Shown: one piece after another, positions 7,813 to 15,172 of the stretch
Layout of the letters: the number at the start of each line of letters is the position of its first letter
Numbering within the stretch: the stretch's first letter is position 1
Assembly (NCBI RefSeq): GCF_030405905.1
Contig: NZ_JASATW010000040.1
Span: 5,008 to 29,007, forward strand
Length of the DNA: 24,000 bases
Reading direction: 5' to 3'
From: Sphaerothrix gracilis Ecp01
GTDB taxonomy: Bacteria; Cyanobacteriota; Cyanobacteriia; Phormidesmidales; Phormidesmidaceae
Made by a program: the position numbers and the translations under genes
Notes under the pieces: generated by a model
Told to the model about the DNA's origin: nothing
Databases searched by the model: none
What the model saw: only the letters and a program-made list of their open reading frames with translations

Positions 7813-10592
7813 CACAGTCTGGGGCCACGGGAGCATCGCCAGATCTGGTGAATGCGTTTCTCCAGCGGCTGGCTAAGGCGCAGGAACTTACGGGTATTGA
7901 AACCACGACCCAAATGGCGGAGCTGCTGTGGTTGGCGACTCATCTGGAATCAGATTTCCCATCACCCGAGTCTCCGGGTGATCAATCGGAGGATATAGAT
8001 GTCTCGCAAGACGATGAGGGCAGTCGCAGACTGACGCCCTCTACGGGGCGATCGCCATCTACTTCCTCTCCAGAGCACCCTTCTTCTAAACGAATAGACA
8101 TCGTAGCACCTACGCCACAGAAGGCATTGCCTCCCGAAGTGCTACCGGTGCAGATTGTTGACCCCGCAATGCTCTCTGACCCTCTAGCCATCATTAGGGC
8201 TCTCAAACCGCTCCTGCAGAAAATCGACGCCGGTACTGGCAGCCGTCTCGACGAATCTGCCACAGTTGATTTCATTGCTCGCACCCAGCTCTGTGTGCCA
8301 AAGCTGCAGCCTGATCAAGAGACGTGGTTTGACATCATTTTGGTGGTCGATCGCAGTAGCGCGTCGATGGTGATTTGGCAGCGCTTGGTACAAGATATTG
8401 TGCGCGCGCTCCGTCGGTACGGAGCCTTCCGCGATGTCCGGGTGTTTGATTTGGTGATCTATCCCGAAGCGCAACCAGCAGATCAGGTCATGCTGCGGTC
8501 TCATCCTCAGCGCCCAGATCACCATCCCAAAGAACTTATTGACCAGACAGGCCGTCGTCTTGCCATTGTCCTCAGCGACAGCACGGGTGCTCACTGGTGG
8601 CAGGGCATCCTAACGCCTACGCTAGAAACCTGGGGCCACCACATGCCTGTAGTTCTGTGGCAGATGCTGCCTCCTTGGATGTGGCAGCGCACTGCCCTAG
8701 GGCGAGGTATTCCTGTTTCCCTCAGAAATGATCTACCAGGAGGCACTAACCAGCGGTTAAAAAAAAGAGCCCCTGCGCAAAATACTCCGGCTAGTCTTCA
8801 GCAACGCATAGCCCTTCCGGTGGTGACTGGTGAAGAGCGTGACCTCAGCCGCTGGAGTCAGTTAGTAGCAGGCAAGCCGGGAGTGACTCCCGGCTTTTTG
8901 CTGCCGCCACCAGGGGGCACCGTGCCCCGCTCATCATCAGTGGAAACGCTCGCAGATGTTGAACTGGCTGAACGTCGAGTCGAGCGCTTTTTGCGGCTTT
9001 CTTCTCCCGATGCTCAGTGGCTGCTGATGCTGCTAGCGGCTGCCCCAGTGATTACCCTGCCCATCGTCCGGCTGATTCGAGAGGAGAAGCTTCCAGATGT
9101 GCGATCGCCCCTACCCATTGCCGAGGTCTTCACCGGTGGTTTATTGCAGCGTCTTCCTGGTCAAGAAGAGCGGGCACTGGAATCTACTTCGACTAAACCA
9201 GAGCAGTCGGATGAGCTGATAGAACCGCAAGACTTGGTGCAGTATGACTTTGCTGGCCGGGTGCGGGGGGTTTTGCTGAGTGGCAAGTGGCTACCGCCAG
9301 TAGACGCTGTCGATGTCATCAATAGTGTGTCTCGGGCGATCACCCGACGATTTAACCGCCTCTATCCTTATACCTTCCAGGCTTATCTTAAAGACCCTAA
9401 TATAGAACTACCGGAAGGTTTGGAGGGCGCGAAAACTTTCGCCACCATCACGGCTGATATTTTGGCTTCACTAGGACGACCCTATGAAGACCTAGTTCAA
9501 CAACTCAGAAGGGGAGCAGCGAAAGTTCCTGTCCCGGTTACAGAGCTCGATCCCTATGGTCGCCGTCTCCAAACCTTTGAATATGAAGTCGCTGAATACC
9601 TGAATCTTCCACCCCTTGAATCATTCGAGTTTGTTGATGCGCAACTTATAGATGACGACTTTCCACCATCTCTTGATACTGAAGACTTCACCATCATTAC
9701 CTTAGAACCGCAAACATCATCGAGGCCGGTACTGCAACCCTTTGAATTTGTGCTTGCCAAGCTCATACCTAGTCAGGATACGAATGAGTGGGTGATTGAG
9801 CGTCAGCAACGGCAAGCCAATCGCTTTACTGAACCCCTAGCAAATGACATTTACTTAAAGATGGTGGCAATTCCTGGTGGTACCTTCCTGATGGGTTCCC
9901 CAGAGAGTGAACCTGGACATTACGATCGCGAATCTCCTCAGCATGAAGTCGCTGTCCAGCCTTTCTTTATGAGCCGTTACCCAGTGACTCAGGTCCAATG
10001 GCGAGCTGTGGCAGCGCTACCCCAGGTAGAACGAGAGCTAAACTTAAACCCTTCAGGATTCAACGGCGAAAACCGCCCCGTAGAGCAAGTCTCTTGGGAT
10101 GACGCGGTTGAGTTCTGCGATCGCCTCTCAGCTCACACTGGACGTCAATACCGCCTGCCGACTGAAGCGGAATGGGAATACGCCTGTCGGGCTGGCACAA
10201 CGACACCATTCCATTTTAGCGACATGATTACCACGGAAGTAGCTAATTACAATGGCAGCGCTTATGCAGACGGGCCGAAAGGTGAGAGCCGAGGCGAAAC
10301 CACGCCGGTAGATCACTTCGAAATCGCTAACGCTTTTGGCCTAAGCGACATGCACGGTAACGTTTGGGAGTGGTGTCAGGATGACTGGCACAACACCTAT
10401 GAGGGAGCTCCCATAGATGGCAGCGCCTGGGTAACTGGCGGAAATACTGAGTATAAAATCAGACGTGGCGGTTCCTGGTTCGACAACCCGAGGCACTGCC
10501 GCTCCGCGTACCGCATCAGGCTCAACCCGGACAACCGCGACGTCAACGTCGGTTTTCGGGTCTGTTGTTCGGCCCCCAGGTCTCTTCAGTAG
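7809..10592 (+). CDS. vWA component of the vWA-MoxR system (SAV_2336 N-terminal-domain family) fused to a C-terminal FGE-sulfatase domain, DGR target 2.
   Basis: The N-terminus (LVNAFLQRLAKAQELT...MAELLWLATHL), a low-complexity S/P linker, then WFDIILVVDRSSASMVIWQRLVQDIVRALRRYGAFRDVRVFDL match the SAV_2336-type vWA proteins as I remember them. The C-terminal ~250 aa (from about 9840) carries IPGGTFLMGSP, PQHEVAVQPFFMSRYPVTQVQW, LPTEAEWEYACRAG, MHGNVWEWCQD, RGGSW and [10 protein letters not shown]. Confidence 0.85.
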   Translation: MTQSGATGASPDLVNAFLQRLAKAQELTGIETTTQMAELLWLATHLESDFPSPESPGDQSEDIDVSQDDEGSRRLTPSTGRSPSTSSPEHPSSKRIDIVAPTPQKALPPEVLPVQIVDPAMLSDPLAIIRALKPLLQKIDAGTGSRLDESATVDFIARTQLCVPKLQPDQETWFDIILVVDRSSASMVIWQRLVQDIVRALRRYGAFRDVRVFDLVIYPEAQPADQVMLRSHPQRPDHHPKELIDQTGRRLAIVLSDSTGAHWWQGILTPTLETWGHHMPVVLWQMLPPWMWQRTALGRGIPVSLRNDLPGGTNQRLKKRAPAQNTPASLQQRIALPVVTGEERDLSRWSQLVAGKPGVTPGFLLPPPGGTVPRSSSVETLADVELAERRVERFLRLSSPDAQWLLMLLAAAPVITLPIVRLIREEKLPDVRSPLPIAEVFTGGLLQRLPGQEERALESTSTKPEQSDELIEPQDLVQYDFAGRVRGVLLSGKWLPPVDAVDVINSVSRAITRRFNRLYPYTFQAYLKDPNIELPEGLEGAKTFATITADILASLGRPYEDLVQQLRRGAAKVPVPVTELDPYGRRLQTFEYEVAEYLNLPPLESFEFVDAQLIDDDFPPSLDTEDFTIITLEPQTSSRPVLQPFEFVLAKLIPSQDTNEWVIERQQRQANRFTEPLANDIYLKMVAIPGGTFLMGSPESEPGHYDRESPQHEVAVQPFFMSRYPVTQVQWRAVAALPQVERELNLNPSGFNGENRPVEQVSWDDAVEFCDRLSAHTGRQYRLPTEAEWEYACRAGTTTPFHFSDMITTEVANYNGSAYADGPKGESRGETTPVDHFEIANAFGLSDMHGNVWEWCQDDWHNTYEGAPIDGSAWVTGGNTEYKIRRGGSWFDNPRHCRSAYRIRLNPDNRDVNVGFRVCCSAPRSLQ
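10463..10587 (+). repeat. DGR variable repeat VR2.
   Basis: By hand alignment to the TR, 11 substitutions fall at TR adenines (AAC to TTC, GAC, CAC, ATC, CTC, GTC; ATC to GTC). Only 1 substitution falls elsewhere in the mutable core (TGT to TGC). Confidence 0.9.
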
Positions 10593-10631
10593 CCCTTTAT
10601 ACTCTTGCCCTTTTGCTCTCTGCGTAGAAAA
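10588..10631 (+). promoter_or_regulatory. Conserved post-VR element, copy 2.
   Basis: AGTAGCCCTTTATACTCTTGCCCTTTTGCTCTCTGCGTAGAAAA, ending directly at the likely ATG (10632) of the next FGS gene. Confidence 0.5.
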
Positions 10632-11477
10632 ATGCCAGCCCAACCCTCTCAGCTTATCGTCAACAAACGTCGGGGACAGAACCAATACTACGAGGAGTTT
10701 CTAGCCGAAGGCGTTCTGCCGTTGCGCATGATGCTGATTCCTGCCGGTCGCTTTCTCATGGGTTCGCCTGAGAGTGAACTAGAGCGAACTGAGGCTGAAG
10801 GCCCGCAGCATGAAGTCGCCGTGCCGCAGTTTTTCATGGCTAAGTATCCTGTGACCCAGGCCCAGTGGCGGGTTGTGGCAGCGCTGCCGGAGGTAAATCA
10901 AGGACTAAACTCCGATCCCTCTAAGTTTAAGGGAAATGACCGCCGTCCCGCCGAGCAGGTGTCTTGGCAGGATGCGGTCGAGTTTTGCGACAGGCTCACT
11001 ATTCACACCAACCGCCAATACCGCCTGCCGACCGAAGCTGAGTGGGAATACGCCTGCCGTGCTGGAACGACAACCCCCTTTCACTTCGGTGAGACGCTTT
11101 CTACTGACTACGCCAACTATCGAGGAAATGATGAGAAATACGGAGCTTATGGCCCAGGGAGCCGAGGCGAGTATCGCAAACAAACCACTCCAGTAGATCA
11201 TTTTGAAGGGGCGAATGCCTACGGCCTCTGCGATATGCACGGCAATGTTTGGGAATGGTGTCAAGATGACTGGCACGAAAACTATGAGCAGGCTCCTACG
11301 GATGGCAGTGCCTGGGTAACCGGCGGAAATGCTGAGTATAAAATTATACGTGGCGGTTCCTGGAGCGATGTCCCGAGGTACTGCCGCTCCGCGTTCCGCT
11401 TCAGGGACTTCCCGGACTTCCGCGACTCCGACATCGGTTTTCGGGTTTGTTGTTCGGCCCCCAGGATTCTTCAGTAG
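10632..11477 (+). CDS. FGE-sulfatase domain protein, DGR target 3.
   Basis: The track ORF starts at 10605. I prefer the ATG at 10632 (MPAQPSQLIV...) because 10605-10631 lies inside the conserved post-VR element. Motifs present: [73 protein letters not shown]. Confidence 0.88.
   Translation: MPAQPSQLIVNKRRGQNQYYEEFLAEGVLPLRMMLIPAGRFLMGSPESELERTEAEGPQHEVAVPQFFMAKYPVTQAQWRVVAALPEVNQGLNSDPSKFKGNDRRPAEQVSWQDAVEFCDRLTIHTNRQYRLPTEAEWEYACRAGTTTPFHFGETLSTDYANYRGNDEKYGAYGPGSRGEYRKQTTPVDHFEGANAYGLCDMHGNVWEWCQDDWHENYEQAPTDGSAWVTGGNAEYKIIRGGSWSDVPRYCRSAFRFRDFPDFRDSDIGFRVCCSAPRILQ
11348..11472 (+). repeat. DGR variable repeat VR3.
   Basis: By hand alignment to the TR, about 18 substitutions fall at TR adenines and 2 fall elsewhere. 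Confidence 0.9.
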
Positions 11478-11520
11478 CCCTTTATACTCTTGCCCTTTTA
11501 CGCTCTGCAGAGAAATAAGC
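11473..11520 (+). promoter_or_regulatory. Conserved post-VR element, copy 3.
   Basis: AGTAGCCCTTTATACTCTTGCCCTTTTACGCTCTGCAGAGAAATAAGC. It contains the 10-bp palindrome CTCTGCAGAG. Confidence 0.5.
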
Positions 11521-11548
11521 TGTTAAGAAATAAATCAACTTCTTGCGA

Positions 11549-11737
11549 TTAGTCGTCTGATGTGGGTGTTCCGTGGCGGCTGCTATCGGATTCTGAGTTG
11601 CTGACGCCTAAGTCCGTTGTCTCATCTGCGGCTGATTCCAGATGGTTTTCTTTTCGCGTAAACACATAGTGCTCAAAGATTTTGCGCCTCAGCCGATGGG
11701 TGTCGCCGTGCATCAGGTGGGCTTCCCAGCTCTGTAA
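11549..11737 (-). pseudogene. Displaced 3' fragment of the DGR reverse transcriptase gene: the authentic C-terminal 60 codons plus stop, cut off by the IS insertion.
   Basis: The minus strand from 11731 down to 11549 reads SWEAHLMHGDTHRLRRKIFEHYVFTRKENHLESAADETTDLGVSNSESDSSRHGTPTSDD*. If the IS and one CTGTAA copy are removed, this is in frame with ...LQPLVQRLQ of the RT. SW.(A/G)H..HGDT..LR is the usual DGR RT C-terminal motif. Confidence 0.8.
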
Positions 11738-13454
11738 CCAACATTCCGCAGGTTGCCAAAAGATTAGGTAGGTGCATAGTAGGGCTCAACATGAGCCCCC
11801 AAGAATCGGATGATTGTGCGCCGCTCATCAGTCAGGTTACTAATCTGCTTGAGGTGTCCGAACTGCACAAAATGAATGCCCTGAAACTTCTGAATGACCC
11901 ACCGAAAGGTAGGGTTGACAGTAGGCTGTTTTTTCTGGTCGAGGATTGTTTGCTGTTGTGCCGCCAGGGTTTGTCTAAGCTTACGTTCAGCTAAGGTGTA
12001 GACCATCAAAGTCAGGGCCATGACCAGGGCTAGAGCCTCGACTCTTTGGGCTTTTTTGACAAACAGGCTGCTGGCGAAGAACAACGGGTCTTTGAGAAAG
12101 CGAAACCCGCGCTCAGTCTTCTGTTGGCCCTTGTACTCTTGCAATAGCTTGTCAGCAGGCCACTGCTGGGTATCGAGGTGATTGGTGGCCAGGATAAACC
12201 GACTGCGCTGGTTCTGGTAGGCAGTGCTCCGGCGCTCAAGCTTGGCTTTGAGGCGGTAGCCGGTGGCAGGTGGTGTGTCTTTAGCTTTTGCTTTAGTTCG
12301 CTGACCCGGTGCCCGTTTCGGTCGAAGCGTCTCAACGCTGACCTCAGTGAGGTGATGGACCGCCAAGGTGTCTTGGAAGCGCATCAGGGCTTCGAGGGCA
12401 TCGGGCTTACAGGCAAAGACCTGTTGCTGCAGCTGCTTGAGGTTGCGGTGCAATCGTTTCTCTAGCTGCTTGAGTTCGGGCTCCCACAGCGACTGGTCAG
12501 CCTTGCGCGTCAGACTCTCAATCAGAATCCAGCGCTGCTGAACTCCACCATACTCAGCGGTTGTCTCCCACATCCGGTAGTCCTTGAGGGTGCAAGCAAC
12601 TGGCGTCAGTTCGCTGGTATCACTTTGCACGAGCGCTTGGGCATCGCTCAAGGTTTGGGGTACCCGTGAGACCCATTTGAGTGAGCCGACCTGCTGTAAG
12701 TTCGGCTCGCTGTAAAAGGCTGCGTCGATAACGAACACACTGTCCATCTGCCAACTGTTGGCAAACTGGCGCATCAACCCGGCAAACTGCTGCGCGTCAC
12801 TCTGGTTGCCATCTGCAACCTTCAGCCACAGCGGCACGCCCCCATCCGCGCTACACATTAGATTCACCACAAACTGCTTCAGGTCGGGTCGTTGGTCTCT
12901 TGAATAGCCTCGACAGATCTCGATAGGCACCTGATCTAAGTCTCCCGACTCAACCCTCTCCCGCCCATACTCGCCTTGCAACGAAAACGAACTCGAGTCT
13001 AGATGAACCTGGCCAACATCGACGCCAAATCGCTCCACCGCCTGCATCGCCACACGCAAAAAGAAACTGCTGGTGCCCTCTTCATATAACTCGTCGAGCA
13101 CACGTCCGAGACGGTCATCGTTCAGGTAACTCGCTTGTATGCCTTCGCCGAGCAAATGCTCAACCGGCTTACTCTCAAAGAACTCGCTGAACAGGTACAG
13201 AGGCGCGCTCACAAAACCCAAGCCGTTCAGTATCAGTGCTTTGACCACTTGCCCCGCGCTGATGTGCTCCAGCTGATGCTGGCCTAATTGTGCGTTGGTC
13301 AGTTCCACCAGTCCTACCTCGTCAACCATCCCGGCAACCAAGCCTAGGTGATCCAGATTCTCTATCTTCAATCGATGCATCCATTCTCTTGAGGGCTGCT
13401 TCTACTCTACGGCACACCACCTTTCTTATTCATTGTCAACCTGCGGAATGTAGG
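11738..13454 (-). mobile_element. IS1634-family (IS4 superfamily) insertion sequence, apparently complete at 1717 bp.
   Basis: The terminal inverted repeats are CCAACATTCCGCAGGTTG (11738-11755) and the reverse complement of CAACCTGCGGAATGTAGG (13437-13454), matching at 17 of 18 positions. They are flanked by the direct repeat CTGTAA at 11732-11737 and 13455-13460. One long transposase ORF lies inside. Confidence 0.85.
11764..13380 (-). CDS. IS1634-family DDE transposase.
   Basis: 538-aa ORF. The N-terminus IENLDHLGLVAGMVDEVGLVE...ISAGQVVKALILNGLGF is the DUF4277-type start typical of IS1634/IS4 transposases. A DDE-type core follows (VFVIDAAFYS...). Confidence 0.85.
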   Translation of the reverse strand: MHRLKIENLDHLGLVAGMVDEVGLVELTNAQLGQHQLEHISAGQVVKALILNGLGFVSAPLYLFSEFFESKPVEHLLGEGIQASYLNDDRLGRVLDELYEEGTSSFFLRVAMQAVERFGVDVGQVHLDSSSFSLQGEYGRERVESGDLDQVPIEICRGYSRDQRPDLKQFVVNLMCSADGGVPLWLKVADGNQSDAQQFAGLMRQFANSWQMDSVFVIDAAFYSEPNLQQVGSLKWVSRVPQTLSDAQALVQSDTSELTPVACTLKDYRMWETTAEYGGVQQRWILIESLTRKADQSLWEPELKQLEKRLHRNLKQLQQQVFACKPDALEALMRFQDTLAVHHLTEVSVETLRPKRAPGQRTKAKAKDTPPATGYRLKAKLERRSTAYQNQRSRFILATNHLDTQQWPADKLLQEYKGQQKTERGFRFLKDPLFFASSLFVKKAQRVEALALVMALTLMVYTLAERKLRQTLAAQQQTILDQKKQPTVNPTFRWVIQKFQGIHFVQFGHLKQISNLTDERRTIIRFLGAHVEPYYAPT

Positions 13455-14483
13455 CTGTAACCGCTGCACCAGGGGCTGAAGAGTGATTTTGCCGGTTTCG
13501 TAGTCTTGCTGGAGCTGCTTCATCCGTCGCCGTGCCCGTCTGAGATTGTCATTGCGCACCCGAATCCGATCCGGTAAGACACGGAAGCCGACAAAGCTAG
13601 CCCCATGATGGGTTTCAAAGAGCTGACTCTTAATCGGATGCATTTTCAGCCGTAACGTGACCAGGAAATCTTCCATTGCCCGTTTGGCCGCTGCCAACTC
13701 CTGCCAGTCATTTGAAAAGGCGGCATAGTCATCGACGTACCTGAGATAGTAGCGCAGCTTAAGCTGTCGCTTCACAAAGTGATCAAAGGGGCTGAGATAG
13801 AGATTGGCGAAAAACTGGCTGGTCAAATTTCCGATAGGCAAGCCCTTGCGGCGTTGAACTGGCGTCAGTAAGTCATCTCCCGGAAAGTATTCAATCACCG
13901 GCTCCTGCTCATTGCTGGCGTCGATAATCGTATCAATCAGCCATAGCGTATTGGGACACCTAATTTTCTCTCGGATCAAGGTCTTGAGGATTTTGTGATC
14001 GATTGAGGGAAAATACTTCTGGATGTCCCCCTGCAGGCAGTAGCGCTGACTGCGAGCAAATTGGGTGAATCGTTTCAGAGCCCGATGTGTGCCGTAGCCG
14101 CTGCGGTTGGCATAGGTATCGACAATCAGCGTCTGCTCCAGCAGCGGCGTGATCACATTACACAACGCATGATGCACCACCCGGTCCCGATAAGGCGCTG
14201 CTGAAATCAAACGCGGCTTGGGATCTCGAATCTTGAACGTGCGGTATGCCCCAGGGCGATAGGTGTGGTCTTCCAGCTCCTGCTGCAGGGCCGGAAGTTC
14301 CCGTTCCAGAGCATAGTTAAACGCCAGAACATTGTCCCGAAAGCGTTTTCCCTTTTGTGCCTGCCGTGAGGCCAGCAGCAGATTTTCAAAGTCAAGGATG
14401 TCTGGCCAGAGATTACCGTGACGTTTCATGGGACTTCTGACTCTGCTATTTGATCCAGCCGCCGAGATCGGTACCGATAGCAT
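13407..14483 (-). CDS. DGR reverse transcriptase, 3' end interrupted by the IS. The last 15 codons plus stop (13407-13454) are IS-derived, and the likely true start is the ATG at 14429.
   Basis: RT motifs present: [51 protein letters not shown] (the DGR-type I/LGxxxSQ motif) and [11 protein letters not shown] (YxDD). It lies downstream of an Avd gene and close to the TR. The start [20 protein letters not shown] at 14429 avoids overlap with avd. Confidence 0.9.
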   Translation of the reverse strand: MLSVPISAAGSNSRVRSPMKRHGNLWPDILDFENLLLASRQAQKGKRFRDNVLAFNYALERELPALQQELEDHTYRPGAYRTFKIRDPKPRLISAAPYRDRVVHHALCNVITPLLEQTLIVDTYANRSGYGTHRALKRFTQFARSQRYCLQGDIQKYFPSIDHKILKTLIREKIRCPNTLWLIDTIIDASNEQEPVIEYFPGDDLLTPVQRRKGLPIGNLTSQFFANLYLSPFDHFVKRQLKLRYYLRYVDDYAAFSNDWQELAAAKRAMEDFLVTLRLKMHPIKSQLFETHHGASFVGFRVLPDRIRVRNDNLRRARRRMKQLQQDYETGKITLQPLVQRLQPTFRRLTMNKKGGVP

Positions 14484-14772
14484 TGATGAGCTGCCCTACA
14501 TACTGGTATCGCTTATGAGATAACAAATCAAAATCCAGCAGCAGCCGGGTTTGATAGCGCAGGACATCTAATTTGCTGTTGATGACCTGGAGCTGAGGCA
14601 GTTTATCGCGCTGATAGCGAGCCATAATCAAGCTTTCCAACAATCCATAAAGGCCCATCACCATGCGATCGCCTAGCTGGAATCTATGGTCTCGGGGCAA
14701 TCGATTGAGAATCGGCACGTACCATTTAATCAAGTCGTAGGTTTTCTGAATAATCGGTAGCTCAGTTGCCAT
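14446..14772 (-). CDS. avd: DGR accessory variability determinant (Avd; four-helix-bundle, 23S rRNA intervening-sequence-protein-like).
   Basis: The track ORF is 183 aa (14446-14997), but its first 75 codons run antisense through the TR. Starting at Met76 (ATG at 14772-14770) gives 108 aa: [53 protein letters not shown]... This is the usual Avd size and pattern, directly upstream of the RT. Confidence 0.8.
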   Translation of the reverse strand: MATELPIIQKTYDLIKWYVPILNRLPRDHRFQLGDRMVMGLYGLLESLIMARYQRDKLPQLQVINSKLDVLRYQTRLLLDFDLLSHKRYQYVGQLINAIGTDLGGWIK

Positions 14773-14877
14773 CGGTTCTCTGTATGTGGATAGGACAGAG
14801 GCCAGGATACAGTATGCAACATCGGCTTCATTTTTACCGTCAGGCTGCTGTATGCTGCTGACGGGGTAGGCCGCTAA

Positions 14878-15002
14878 ACGTGGCGGTTCCTGGAACAACA
14901 ACCCGAGGAACTGTCGCTCCGCGTACCGCAACAGGAACAACCCGGACAACCGCAACAACAACATCGGTTTTCGGGTCTGTTGCTCGGCCCCCAGCACTCT
15001 TC
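14878..15002 (+). repeat. DGR template repeat (TR).
   Basis: This 125-bp intergenic copy of the VR sequence has 11 AAC codons where the VRs carry mixed codons: ...TGG AAC AAC AAC CCG AGG AAC TGT CGC TCC GCG TAC CGC AAC AGG AAC AAC CCG GAC AAC CGC AAC AAC AAC ATC GGT... Its 3' end (TGC TCG GCC CCC AGC ACT CTT C) differs from the VR 3' ends (TGT TCG GCC CCC AGG ...), as expected for IMH* versus IMH (IMH = initiation of mutagenic homing site). Confidence 0.9.
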
Positions 15003-15172
15003 TATCGCCAGCAATGGCCGGTCAGAACTGGCAGGTGGGAATCTGTCGGGCGTACCCCAGAAGAGTCCAGACCTACTCCGGCGATATCCATCGAGGTATC
15101 CAAAAATCAAACCGGGCCAGCTATTTTGGTAGGGCAACCGAAGACCTAGCTGGCCCTCTCACCTTACCGCCA

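Noticed and set aside
5963-9766. Assorted antisense or off-frame ORFs within the VMAP, MoxR and vWA genes (5963-6220 -, 6036-6239 +, 6589-6906 -, 7218-7505 -, 7706-7906 -, 7982-8284 -, 8184-8594 -, 9161-9343 -, 9554-9766 -).
   Set aside because: All are embedded in longer ORFs with clear domain motifs. They are typical GC-rich antisense open frames.
11791-12465. ORFs inside or antisense to the IS1634 transposase gene (11791-11994 +, 12030-12335 -, 12178-12465 +).
   Set aside because: They are nested within a long, well-supported transposase ORF and have no recognisable motifs.
13407-14483. The RT as a retron or group II intron reverse transcriptase.
   Set aside because: An adjacent Avd gene, a TR with four adenine-diverged VRs and the IGNLTSQ motif all point to a DGR RT. 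I saw no intron RNA domains or maturase/endonuclease region, and no msr/msd-like structure.
14773-14997. The N-terminal 75 codons of the 183-aa track ORF for Avd.
   Set aside because: The extension runs antisense across the TR and has no Avd-like sequence. Met76 gives a typical ~108-aa four-helix-bundle Avd.
4592-15137. Minus-strand ORFs antisense to the VR/TR regions (4592-4972, 10341-10685, 10905-11276, 14874-15137, 15551-15784).
   Set aside because: They are antisense shadows of the FGS genes and the TR. They have no recognisable motifs, and their similarity to each other is again explained by the repeats.
15014-15172. The upstream extension of FGS target 4 (track start 15014), and similarly 10605-10631 for target 3.
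   Set aside because: The paralogs start ~40 aa before the IPxGxFxMGS motif. The extensions would begin immediately after the TR, or inside the conserved post-VR element, and read like non-coding sequence. They are kept as an alternative only.
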